Of a stretch of 64,000 nucleotides of DNA, positions 8,934-18,593 are shown piece after piece. The notes under the pieces are model-generated. The model was not told where the DNA came from. It ran no database searches and saw nothing but the letters and a program-made list of their open reading frames with translations. Every line of letters starts with the position of its first letter. Positions within the stretch are counted from its first letter, which is position 1. The translations under genes were made by a program, and so were the position numbers. Source of the DNA: a virus. The DNA lies in the IMG/VR virus record IMGVR_UViG_3300009068_004979; one strand, written 5' to 3'.

Positions 8934-9873
8934 GGATTACAAAATTAAAATGTTTAAGTACTTAGTGTCAAATATTTGCTTTATAACTGATAATTTACTG
9001 CCAAATTATTTGGAAAAACCTGTATATTATCGATTTCGTGATGGGCCATTAGCATTTACAGGCAAGTATATACACACAGCTTATAACTATTGGATACTAA
9101 AGAATGCTGGTGTTAAGAATGTTAAATTGATAACGAACACTGACGACATAGGTGATGATGATATTTTATTTTTTCATTATGAATATGCAGATAAAATAGA
9201 TTTTAGTAAGCCGTATCCTAAGTTACAGATTTTATCTGACAAGTATAGAGTAGAGGGTGCTGATGCATATTGTGTATATGACCCTTCACATATGGGCCCT
9301 ACAGATGTGCTGTTGTATGACCCATTGCCTGTGGGGCTACAGAGAAAGCGGACTAATGATATACCGCAGATATTTCATTGCAATACCTCTCTGCATTGGA
9401 TGCCAAGTTTTTTAAAGGATGTATCTTTTCTGCAGCAGCTTCAAAAAGAAAATATTCATATTACATTTGAGCATAAAAGACATTATACTAATCAAGATTT
9501 TGATGTGTTCTTTTTTATAAGAGACATAAGTTGTTTAGAGGAAGAAGATGAAGATGGGTCACGACACCATAAAATACATCATTATAAAAATGCAGCAAGA
9601 TTGTTTCAGTCGTGGCACATGGGTGTACCAGGTATCTTTAGTCATCATCCATCCATGGCGTATCTCAAAAAAACTGAGTATGATTATCTGGAGGCGAACA
9701 CTAAGGATGAATTTATTAGTAAATGCAGGCTGTTAAAAACTAATAATGATTACTACAAGCAAATGATACTGAACTGTGACAGACGCGCCGGTGAATTTAC
9801 TAATTCAGCAATAGTCGAACAAATTAGCGACATAATAAAAAAATATCATAAGGAATTAGTTTATGAAATCTGA
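8932..9873 (+). CDS. Putative GT-B-fold glycosyltransferase-like protein
   Basis: C-terminal FDVFFFIR..YKNAARLFQSWHMGVPGIFS..DYLEA fits a nucleotide-sugar-binding Rossmann segment. Confidence 0.5.
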   Translation: MDYKIKMFKYLVSNICFITDNLLPNYLEKPVYYRFRDGPLAFTGKYIHTAYNYWILKNAGVKNVKLITNTDDIGDDDILFFHYEYADKIDFSKPYPKLQILSDKYRVEGADAYCVYDPSHMGPTDVLLYDPLPVGLQRKRTNDIPQIFHCNTSLHWMPSFLKDVSFLQQLQKENIHITFEHKRHYTNQDFDVFFFIRDISCLEEEDEDGSRHHKIHHYKNAARLFQSWHMGVPGIFSHHPSMAYLKKTEYDYLEANTKDEFISKCRLLKTNNDYYKQMILNCDRRAGEFTNSAIVEQISDIIKKYHKELVYEI

Positions 9874-11056
9874 TTGTTTTTGCATTGTACCGTTTGTTTC
9901 ACTATACCGTTCTCATGATAGTAATGTTTACCCCTGTCCTGTGATGGCTTCTTATCCTGAAATGAAGCTCACCACTACAGATAATACATTAAGCGGTGCA
10001 TGGTATTCAGAAAAATTTGTACAATTTAAAAAGGATATGCTTGAAGGCAGAACAAATAAGATATGCACGCAAAGATGTTTGCAGCATGTAAATTCGTGCC
10101 GCACATACTTTGGTACAGAGCTACTTCCATATGTAGAAAAAGATATTGAATTATTTGAGCAAACTGGCACACAAGCATTTAAGCTTCTTTCTAATGATAT
10201 TTTTGATACAAATAAATGCAATTTAAAATGCATTTACTGTAATGCTGATTACAGTTTTCTACATAGTAAAGACTATGTCTTAAAAACTGCACAGCATTGG
10301 GATTCATTTGTAACTGAATTTTCTAGTTATTACAAAGATCTTAAGGAATTGTGGTTTGCATCTGGTGAGAGTGTGCTTCAATCCAAATATTATTATATTT
10401 TAAATACTTTATTAGCAAATGGTAAAACTGACGTACATATAAACTTTATTACTAATATGACATCTTTAGGTACACCCAGCATGTATGATTTGCTTGCTAA
10501 ATTTGAACGTGTTACTGTGTTTGTAAGTGTTGATGGCGATAAACATGTAACTGAATTTTTACGGCAAAACAGCAATTACGAGAATATAATTAAAAATTTA
10601 AAAGCTATAATGCAGTATAATAAGTTTAAAATTATATTACAACCAGTGATGAGTAATATTAATATTCTTTATTTTCCAAAATTTCATTACCAAATGGTAA
10701 AGTTAGGATTGCTCAAAAAAGATAATGTTCGATACTATGTTTTAAATTCACCTGCTCATTTTAATATTAAAGTTCTACCAGAAGCATTAAAAAAGAAAGT
10801 GCTTGTAGAATACGAACCATATATCAAGTGGTTGCTTGAAGAAAAAGATATAGATGTATCTGCAAATAACGAGCACCCAGTAGTAAAGGTGCAGAAAATG
10901 TTGCAGTATATGCAAACAGGTGAACTAAGACCAGAATGGTTTGGTGCACTGCATACATTTTTAATAGAAAACAATCTCATAAATAATTTTAAAGAAGCCT
11001 TCCCGGAATTACAGGAGCTATACTATGCATCAAAAATACATACAACAAAAAATTAA
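9863..11056 (+). CDS. Radical SAM enzyme with N-terminal twitch domain
   Basis: FCIVPF..VYPC; C.QRC; CNLKCIYC; FASGES in place of GGEP; SVDG..EFLR. Confidence 0.88.
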   Translation: MKSDCFCIVPFVSLYRSHDSNVYPCPVMASYPEMKLTTTDNTLSGAWYSEKFVQFKKDMLEGRTNKICTQRCLQHVNSCRTYFGTELLPYVEKDIELFEQTGTQAFKLLSNDIFDTNKCNLKCIYCNADYSFLHSKDYVLKTAQHWDSFVTEFSSYYKDLKELWFASGESVLQSKYYYILNTLLANGKTDVHINFITNMTSLGTPSMYDLLAKFERVTVFVSVDGDKHVTEFLRQNSNYENIIKNLKAIMQYNKFKIILQPVMSNINILYFPKFHYQMVKLGLLKKDNVRYYVLNSPAHFNIKVLPEALKKKVLVEYEPYIKWLLEEKDIDVSANNEHPVVKVQKMLQYMQTGELRPEWFGALHTFLIENNLINNFKEAFPELQELYYASKIHTTKN

Positions 11057-11804
11057 ACACTTTTTAAATAACACCCAAATTAAAAATTTTTTAGACACAT
11101 GCAGCAACACTAATTTAGGTAAAAAACACAAGAACCTTGCCTTGCTGTTTTCATTTAATATTCAGAAAGACGAAATAGTCGCATCAAAACTATATTTTGA
11201 ATTGTATAGATTGTTCAGGCCTTCAGAGATATCTAAATTTTTGCCAGTTACAAAGGACTTTCTAAAGCTGCAATTGTATTGGAATAAGAATCTCGACTCA
11301 TCACTTTGTTTTGGTATCAAAGAAATTAATGGTAAGATAGTGCATTATTTTCATATCAAAACAGATAAAGTATATAACCGTAGAATTCTACCTGCAACTA
11401 GTTGCTTCAACAAACACAACATTGGCATATCTTACGAATACGGTGATGGTAAAGCAGTTAGAAAGATTTATGCTTATTTAACTGAAAAAAAAGACATCAA
11501 CAAATTTTTACACGAAAACGGGTCACAGTACGACACAGACATGTTAGATCATATTGAATACACAGAGACCTCAGATGGTACAAAAAAATACATTCTCGTC
11601 AATGACTTGAACAAATATCCAAAGATCAGCAAGGTAGTATTTACTCAAAATACACATGATGCCATTGATTATATGGAGCAATATGGAGCACAGCCTGTGT
11701 TTTACGGTCATTATCTAGACAAAGACATAACCAGTTTGTATTTTAGTTTTACTAAGAATAGGGACAACTTCAATGCCTTTTATAATTCACACGCATCAAA
11801 ATAA
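11025..11804 (+). CDS. Hypothetical protein, possible ABBA-fold (LynF/TruF/PatF-like) prenyltransferase
   Basis: FSFNIQKDEIVASKLYF, CFGIK, GISYEYGDGKAVRKIY and SLYF resemble PT-barrel strands. Confidence 0.35.
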   Translation: MHQKYIQQKIKHFLNNTQIKNFLDTCSNTNLGKKHKNLALLFSFNIQKDEIVASKLYFELYRLFRPSEISKFLPVTKDFLKLQLYWNKNLDSSLCFGIKEINGKIVHYFHIKTDKVYNRRILPATSCFNKHNIGISYEYGDGKAVRKIYAYLTEKKDINKFLHENGSQYDTDMLDHIEYTETSDGTKKYILVNDLNKYPKISKVVFTQNTHDAIDYMEQYGAQPVFYGHYLDKDITSLYFSFTKNRDNFNAFYNSHASK

Positions 11805-13336
11805 TCTGCTAGCTCAGGAAAAATATTTCGAGCATTTTCATTACGAAGTGCATCTAGCTTCTGTGTTGTATCTTTAAAAAGACTGCGAGTATCATAGTCT
11901 TTTTCATTCATATATATTAACACCTTATTGAAATGTTGTTTTAGCTCTATCGATAAATTATGCTGTTCTTTAAATTCTGAATAAGCTTTTGTAACTTTTA
12001 GCTTAAATTCTTTTGTAAGACTACGAATATCATAAATTTTTGGCTGCTCTAGAAAGCTCAGATGAAAGGATGTTGTACTGCCATCAATGAATTTTAATTT
12101 GGTGAGATATGTATACATTTCGAGCAAATGAAGAACATTAAAAATTTGAACTGTAACAAATATCTTGAAGGTACAATGGGGCACTTCTTTGTGTAGGTAG
12201 AAACGGTTATTAAAGAAATCTTTCCAAATCAATCCTTTGCGAATATATTCACCGCGGTCCTTTATACCATCTAGACTAGCTTTTACAGTGATGTTACTAA
12301 ACAGTTTCCATGTCTGGCAAATGTCTCTGTTGAAGAACTTCAAGTTAGAAAAATTAGTATTGTAAGTAAGATCAACATCAAGGCGTTTTTTTTCAACAAG
12401 CATATCTAAGATATCATAGTGCTCTTTTATCATCAATGGCTCACCACCAGCAAAATTAATTTTTTCTGCTGTATCCACAATGTGAGGTAGATCTGGATAC
12501 ACATTATCCCACACATTAAAAATAGTTTTTTTACCGGAATTCCAGCCCAGCTTCTTCTCATCTTCATACCAAGCTGAGCTTGAATGAGAACTGCACGTGC
12601 GGCATTTGAAGTTGCACAAGTTAGATATTCTAAAATCTGCATAAGCTAAATTAAATGCGTCTACTGATCCATCTTCATTTGTAGCAGTTACTTTATCAAA
12701 ATGATGACTATAATTAGAATTAAAAAACTTTCTATATGAGCTGCCCCAACGCATTTCATTAAGCTTGCAGACTTCACAGGATGGCACATATTTACCAGTG
12801 AGCATGTTTAATCTTATTTTTTTGAGCTTATCAGAGTTCCACAGTTCTTTGAGTGTATTATGTTTTAAATTGCCTAGTAATGTCTTCTTATTCTTGCAAC
12901 ACGGGAATACATATCCTGAGCTTTGCATGTACATGTGCATCCATGGTGCCATGCAGAAGTTATCACTTGCAAACATTTTTTCAGAATTCAAATTTTTAAT
13001 AAAATCTTTATCTAATTTCTCTACGCTATCTCCTTCTGGTGATGTTATCATTAATACTTCATCAACTAGCCTATATGTAAACGCGCGCTCGAAATTACCA
13101 TCATTATAGTTCACAGTAAAAATACATACATTAGTATTGTCTTGCAAAACAAATGTTCCATTCACTGTAGTATCCACTGTTATTTGATATGTGCTACCTG
13201 TCTTTTTAAAATTACCTACAAGTCGAGGCGCGCCATCATCTGATGTAAAGAAATAGAACGAGTCTTTATTTAGATCGAAACTAATTTTACCGAAGTAATC
13301 GCCTCCCTCATAGAGGTAGTAGGAATAAGCGTTCAT
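11780..13336 (-). CDS. Radical SAM enzyme with N-terminal twitch domain and an extra ~110 aa N-terminal beta domain
   Basis: FCMAPW..GYVFPCC, CEVC, SNLCNFKCRTCSS..SSAW, FAGGEPL, YNTN, SLDG..EYIR, LDALRNEN..FPEL. Confidence 0.92.
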   Translation of the reverse strand: MNAYSYYLYEGGDYFGKISFDLNKDSFYFFTSDDGAPRLVGNFKKTGSTYQITVDTTVNGTFVLQDNTNVCIFTVNYNDGNFERAFTYRLVDEVLMITSPEGDSVEKLDKDFIKNLNSEKMFASDNFCMAPWMHMYMQSSGYVFPCCKNKKTLLGNLKHNTLKELWNSDKLKKIRLNMLTGKYVPSCEVCKLNEMRWGSSYRKFFNSNYSHHFDKVTATNEDGSVDAFNLAYADFRISNLCNFKCRTCSSHSSSAWYEDEKKLGWNSGKKTIFNVWDNVYPDLPHIVDTAEKINFAGGEPLMIKEHYDILDMLVEKKRLDVDLTYNTNFSNLKFFNRDICQTWKLFSNITVKASLDGIKDRGEYIRKGLIWKDFFNNRFYLHKEVPHCTFKIFVTVQIFNVLHLLEMYTYLTKLKFIDGSTTSFHLSFLEQPKIYDIRSLTKEFKLKVTKAYSEFKEQHNLSIELKQHFNKVLIYMNEKDYDTRSLFKDTTQKLDALRNENARNIFPELADYFDACEL

Positions 13337-14274
13337 CTGATACCAACAACATAATTTGGTGCTGGTAATAGTAAGGATGGCCAGAAAGAGAAAAGCTGCT
13401 TAGGCGTTTTAAATTGTGTGAAATCCACATCATTGATCACATTGTTAATTAGCTCTTTAATGAATGCTAATTCTTCCAGATCTTGCGCACTACCATGGGT
13501 TTTAATAGCTTCCTCTTCATCTGTTAAGTTTTTAATGGAATCAAGTGCATGCTGTTGAATGCATTGTTTCCACGTATTAATACACTTTTGCATTGTTTCA
13601 GCTGAAGTATCAGTTAAAAGTTTAATTGGCAATTCACACACCTCGCAAGCTCTAACATAGCTAATATAATCAAATATATTGGGAAAATTCTTATCAAAAA
13701 ATGCAATGACCTTCTCCACTTCTTCTTTTTCGTAAAGTTCTATGACTGGTTCTGTAAAGGTTAAAAATTTTTGTTTGTCTTGCTCATCAAATGTGTGTGT
13801 GAAATTATCAAGCTTCTCTTTAATGATTTTATAAGCATTTTTAATAATAAAAAGTTTCTGCATGGTTTCATTGCTTACATAGTTGTTTTCAAAATTATTT
13901 GCTGATAGTTTTTTGCCTCGTTCACGAATCTGATCTAAAGCTTGCTTTTGATATTCAAAAAACTCTTGTGGGGAGATCTTACCTTCGTTTGCTTCATTAA
14001 ACACATATTCTGGGAATACTTCAAATGGCAACTCATACATTTCAAAGGAGTCAATTAAATCTAAATTGATTTCATAAATTAAATTATTTTTTACATCATA
14101 TACAGTAGCCATGTTATTAAAGACAGGCATCGATGCGACAGTTCCATGCAAGTATTTTATAATTTCAGGGCTCCTGGTAATATACAATGAATAATGCCCA
14201 TCATTTGTCACATCATATTTGATTCTGAGCATGACTTTATCCAAGCCACGTGTGAAATACTGTTTACGATCCAT
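13333..14274 (-). CDS. Hypothetical protein with C-terminal tail-fibre-assembly-like helical domain
   Basis: C-terminal LTDEEEAI..G..DLEEL..IKELIN..DFTQFKTPKQLFSFWPSLL resembles small proteins that follow phage fibre genes; ATGA-coupled to the radical SAM gene. Confidence 0.45.
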   Translation of the reverse strand: MDRKQYFTRGLDKVMLRIKYDVTNDGHYSLYITRSPEIIKYLHGTVASMPVFNNMATVYDVKNNLIYEINLDLIDSFEMYELPFEVFPEYVFNEANEGKISPQEFFEYQKQALDQIRERGKKLSANNFENNYVSNETMQKLFIIKNAYKIIKEKLDNFTHTFDEQDKQKFLTFTEPVIELYEKEEVEKVIAFFDKNFPNIFDYISYVRACEVCELPIKLLTDTSAETMQKCINTWKQCIQQHALDSIKNLTDEEEAIKTHGSAQDLEELAFIKELINNVINDVDFTQFKTPKQLFSFWPSLLLPAPNYVVGIR

Positions 14275-14307
14275 ACAAAAATTTATACAGATATTCTAAG
14301 AAATCAA

Positions 14308-16454
14308 TTAACCAGAAGAATTATTAGGGTATGTTACTTGTGCCTGGTATCCAATTTGACCAATGATGCCGCATCCTAGAGCATCTTTAACGTGCACATT
14401 GTAGGTGCCAGCCCCCAGGCCAGTGTATGTGTAGCTTGGAGAGCCAGAGCCAGTCCAGTATGCGCCACCACCTGACGGATTCTGTGGCGTCGATGGCAGT
14501 CCACCACTGGCTAAATTAAAATAATATACTGATCCGAACGGGCTGCCTAGCCCAGTTACAGTGAGAGCGCCGTAGCCTGGACCGGATGCACGATTTGCAT
14601 TGCAGAACCAACTCAAAGGTTTGTATGTGGATTGAAACCAACGATATGCGCCTCGAAATTCTGACATGCGTGCAGGTAAATATGTATTATCGGTGCCTGT
14701 CGGTGCCCAATTGGTTGCATTCTTTTCTGTTTGGTAAGGATTGCATACACCAGTCTTATTGAAAGGATTGGAACCAGAACCCAAGGCTACTCTGTAAGGA
14801 TTTGAAGATTGATCTTCACGAGCACTAAGAGAAGTATTTGATGCAGTAGTTGCTTGATCAAGCAACAAGTTGATACTCCCAGAGCCTCCAGCACCATCAC
14901 CTACTGCTACTGATCCTACACCAGGTGAGCCCAGTGTGTAGTTACCACCTCCAGTTATTACAGTGATTGTGAAAGCAGACCCAGCAGTAGAACCACCAAT
15001 GTTTGTAACTGTGGGTGTAACTGAGTACGTGCCAGCTGCAGCTGTAATGGTGCCTGCAATGTCACCAGTAGATGCATTCAATGATGCACCAGTAGGGAGC
15101 CCGGTGGCACTGTATGCAGTAGCTGGAATATTGTTGGTTATGTAATTTGCCAATTGAATTGTACCCATGGCGGTATTTCTTACTTCTACGGCATTAGCAA
15201 CAGTACCAAGCACAGGTTTCACATAGTTATCACCTACATAAGGGCTGCCAAGCTTGTAGAATGCACCAGGGATAGCAGCTACAGGTTGAGGAGCACCAGC
15301 AACAACTATGCCAGGGAAGTCTGCAGTTACACTGGCACCTAGGTATATTGCAGTTGTGGATAGAGTGTTTCTGAATGTTCTTAATGATAAAGGAGCAGGG
15401 GCGCCAATGTTATTAACAGAAATGCCACCAACCTTGCTTCCACCTGTGCCATCAGCAATAGCTAAGCCTACCATGGTTGGTGCACCAGCAACCACACTGG
15501 CATTACCACCTGCACTGGAAAGAGCAACACTAATACCATATGTTTGATTGCGCTTGCTGCTGCTCTGATCAAAAGTTTCAAGATAACCTGTCAAAGTTTT
15601 GGAGAGGGTGTATGTGGAGCCTGCAAGTGTATAGTAATAAGCAGCTCCACCTTGTGTGACGCCATCGGCATCTGAATTGCTGCCAATAGCAAGTCCATTT
15701 TGATCAATATCAAGACTAGCACCAAAAAATCCTTCAGTTTGTGGCACCGGTGGGTCTATCTTTTGCTGCTGTGTCCATGCAGATGTTGTGGGGTTGAATG
15801 TGAAATAATACACTGCACCAGCACTGGTACTTGCACCATATGTTTTTGTGGGCGCGCTGACGACAAGTTTATTTTCATGCATGGCAGCAGCGAATCCGAA
15901 TCTGTCACCTGCAAGCAAATCCGAAGAAGCAAATTGTTCAATTGTGCATATTTGGCAATGCCGCCAGTGAGCCGGTAATAATAGCATGCACCACCATTGG
16001 CAACAGATTCTGAATTTCTAGCACAACCAACTACTAAATTTCTGCCACTCAAAGCTAGTGCAGAACCAAACTCTTTCACATTAACATTAGAATCGCTGGC
16101 TGATAGCACATATGTCTGTGAAGCAGTAGGTGTGCCAGGATTTTCATACACATACACACGGCTCTTGCCAGGCATGCCCACAAAGTACATACTCGTACCA
16201 AATACAGCACTCAATGCTAAGGATGTGCCAAAGCCGTCACCAGCAGATCTGGAAGCAAATGGAGCTGCTGTTATTAAAGAATAAAAAGTAAAATTCCCAC
16301 TTGAATAGTTGTAAATGAAAACTTTGCCTTTGTTGTCAGCTTCAGGTGCAGTGACCATGAGCTTGCTCATGTCATTGTTACCGTGCAGAACACTGCCAAA
16401 TTGATCAGTATTTGAAGAATATACGGTGGGAGAATATGATGTTAAATCAGCCAT
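14308..16454 (-). CDS. Virion adhesin/fibre: 7-blade FG-GAP beta-propeller + putative Ig domain + SprB-like C-terminus, interrupted by a -1 frameshift near 15931-15960
   Basis: Blades DQFGSVL, DGFGTSL, KEFGSAL (ORF 15756-16454) continue as DRFGFAA, GFFGASL, QTYGISV, IYLGASV (ORF 14308-15987). YSATGLPTGASLNASTG is Ig-like and GLGAGTYNVHVKDALGC is SprB-like. Confidence 0.7.
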
Positions 16455-16459
16455 GATGT

Positions 16460-18112
16460 TTACTTCTGTTTATTATTTAGTTCTTTGATTGCTTCAATCA
16501 ATAACGGTATGATCTTCTCATAGCGTACTGCCTTGGTTCCATTGTCACGGGTAGTAACAATTTCAGGCATGATAGCTTCAATTTCTTGAGCAATGACACC
16601 CACGTCTTTGCCGTGGAACGGGGCATTATCTTGCCATTCAAAGTTAACACCAGATATCTTAGTAATTTTTTCTAATGGCGATGCAATCTTCTTGATGTTC
16701 TTCTTGAGAGTTACATCAGAAGTTGCATAAGCCACAACGTCTTGTGATATTCTCAATCCACCACTGATGGTGACATTGTCAGTAGCTGTAGCATTACTTA
16801 CTTGAATTAAGAATGAATTACCGGCTTGTGCTGATGATAACACTGTGCCAGCTGAACCACCGCGCAACCACAAGTGACCAGTGTCACTAGAATGTATATC
16901 CACATGATCTGTTGTATTGGGTCGTCCTCTGGAGAACAATCCACCTGATACCGCAAACACATAATTACTACCAAATCCTGTGCCATAGTTTAAATTGCGA
17001 TCAATGTTAATGCCTGCTAGTGGTCCATCACGCACAATCAATGTGGGGTTGCCTTCATAACCATCGAAAATAGCTATGGGCTGTTCTGCGTTAGTAGGGT
17101 TAGCTTCTTTAACATACAAAGCTGGTGCTAAATTAGCAGAGAAGTTAATGACACTCAATGCACTAGTGACAGTTACAATGGTTTCAATGTATGTGGCATC
17201 ACCATAAACTGACAAGTTGCCTTGAATAGTTAAGTTCTTATCAATGTATGCGCTATCTCTGAATCTCGGAAAACCAATGAAATCAAAATCTGGTGTATTG
17301 AAATTACCATCATCATTACCATGGCGTGTGGAAGAGAAAGTGATACCCAATGTTGTGGGTGTTGCACTCAAGACTATTTGTTCATATTGTTTTCCTGAAA
17401 GATGGGTTCCAAGGCTCATGGAAGTTTTGCCTTGAATGATGAACCGGCCACTGGTGGATCTCACGACTGTTGTGCTGAGTGTTGGGTGATTTGCGTAAAT
17501 GTGAATAGCAGCACCACTGGTTGTGTTGCCATTAATGAAAAGTGAATTGTCAATGTTAACTGTAGCATTTAAGTTGTTACTGACTTGCTTGTTTCTAACA
17601 TTACCAAAATAGAAACTGCCATAAGCAGCACACAGTGAAAGGTAGCGAGAATCAAACTCAATGGTGCCCAAGCTAAGATTGGATATGCGGTTGCTATTTC
17701 CTGTGGTATTATAAGGATAACAGATGTTAAAACCTTCACCAGCATACGCATTTGGTACACCCCATTTGCCTTGATTGGCTGTTATCTTCTGTAAAGAGAG
17801 CTCATCAACAATGGGATGAATATCATTCCATGTGGAGCCATCCCATGCCCATAAGCGAGTATCTGTAGTTTGATAGATAGTATCACCCACTTCAGCTAGA
17901 GAAGAATATGCAGTTCTGTCGGATGTGATACCTAAGAAATAATTACCAACGGCTTTGCCACCAAGAGAAACACCGTCTCCTATGAACAAACGCTGTGTAT
18001 CAACTGTGTATCCTAATTCACCTTCTGTCAGGATGGTAAGCTTACGCTCATAGTCCTGACCTCTGCGTATCAGAATCTTTACAATTGTATCGCTGGTAAT
18101 CTCAATTGCCAT
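16460..18112 (-). CDS. Tail fibre with Mtd/hyaluronidase-type N-terminal domain and C-terminal S74 intramolecular chaperone
   Basis: IRRG..GELGYTVDTQRLFIGDG; TSDVTLKKNI..GVNFEW..GVIAQEIE..YEKIIPLLIEAIKEL. Confidence 0.85.
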   Translation of the reverse strand: MAIEITSDTIVKILIRRGQDYERKLTILTEGELGYTVDTQRLFIGDGVSLGGKAVGNYFLGITSDRTAYSSLAEVGDTIYQTTDTRLWAWDGSTWNDIHPIVDELSLQKITANQGKWGVPNAYAGEGFNICYPYNTTGNSNRISNLSLGTIEFDSRYLSLCAAYGSFYFGNVRNKQVSNNLNATVNIDNSLFINGNTTSGAAIHIYANHPTLSTTVVRSTSGRFIIQGKTSMSLGTHLSGKQYEQIVLSATPTTLGITFSSTRHGNDDGNFNTPDFDFIGFPRFRDSAYIDKNLTIQGNLSVYGDATYIETIVTVTSALSVINFSANLAPALYVKEANPTNAEQPIAIFDGYEGNPTLIVRDGPLAGINIDRNLNYGTGFGSNYVFAVSGGLFSRGRPNTTDHVDIHSSDTGHLWLRGGSAGTVLSSAQAGNSFLIQVSNATATDNVTISGGLRISQDVVAYATSDVTLKKNIKKIASPLEKITKISGVNFEWQDNAPFHGKDVGVIAQEIEAIMPEIVTTRDNGTKAVRYEKIIPLLIEAIKELNNKQK

Positions 18113-18113
18113 A

Positions 18114-18593
18114 TTATGCTACCCTCACTACTCCTAAATCATTCCATAATTTACCACTGGCTACACCAGGATTTGATGTAGGCAGTAAAGATCCATTGAT
18201 GCCTGAAGCATCCACATAAAGCTGACCTGATCCATTGTATTTCATCGATGCATTGTCAGTTTGAGTGCCTACAAATTTATATGCAGATGGTGTTGTGTAA
18301 TTTGGAAAATTATTCGCATCACGGCCAGATAGCACATACAAATAAGACGAGCTTGTATCAAATACTAAATCGCCTACTTGAGCTGTGGCTAATGATGCAG
18401 GTGTTGATAGATTGCCAAAATAAAATTTAAGAGCTGCAGAATTACCACCTTTTGTGACACCATCTCCTACAAACAAACGCTGAGAATTAGTATCAGTTAC
18501 ATAGCCAATTTCACCCTGATCCAGAGTAATTAGCCGTCTCTCAGCATCTGTGCCTCTTCTAACTTTGAGCTTTATTACGGAAACTGTAGCCAT
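18114..18593 (-). CDS. Short fibre-associated protein with the same Mtd-type N-terminal domain
   Basis: KVRRGTDAER..GEIGYVTD..RLFVGDG; ends LPTSNPGVASGKLWNDLGVVRV. Confidence 0.7.
   Translation of the reverse strand: MATVSVIKLKVRRGTDAERRLITLDQGEIGYVTDTNSQRLFVGDGVTKGGNSAALKFYFGNLSTPASLATAQVGDLVFDTSSSYLYVLSGRDANNFPNYTTPSAYKFVGTQTDNASMKYNGSGQLYVDASGINGSLLPTSNPGVASGKLWNDLGVVRVA

Noticed and set aside
15929-15960. Canonical programmed -1 frameshift site in the FG-GAP gene
   Set aside because: There is no X XXY YYZ heptamer in the upstream frame within the crossover window; the frameshift is reported but its mechanism is left open.
14308-18112. Higher GC in fibre genes than in the enzyme island as evidence of recent transfer
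   Set aside because: It is largely explained by Gly/Ala/Thr/Pro-rich protein composition; it cannot be separated from transfer without a codon-position analysis.
16460-18593. Diversity-generating retroelement suggested by Mtd-like N-termini
   Set aside because: Only the N-terminal attachment domain is shared; I found no reverse transcriptase or template/variable repeat pair in the window.
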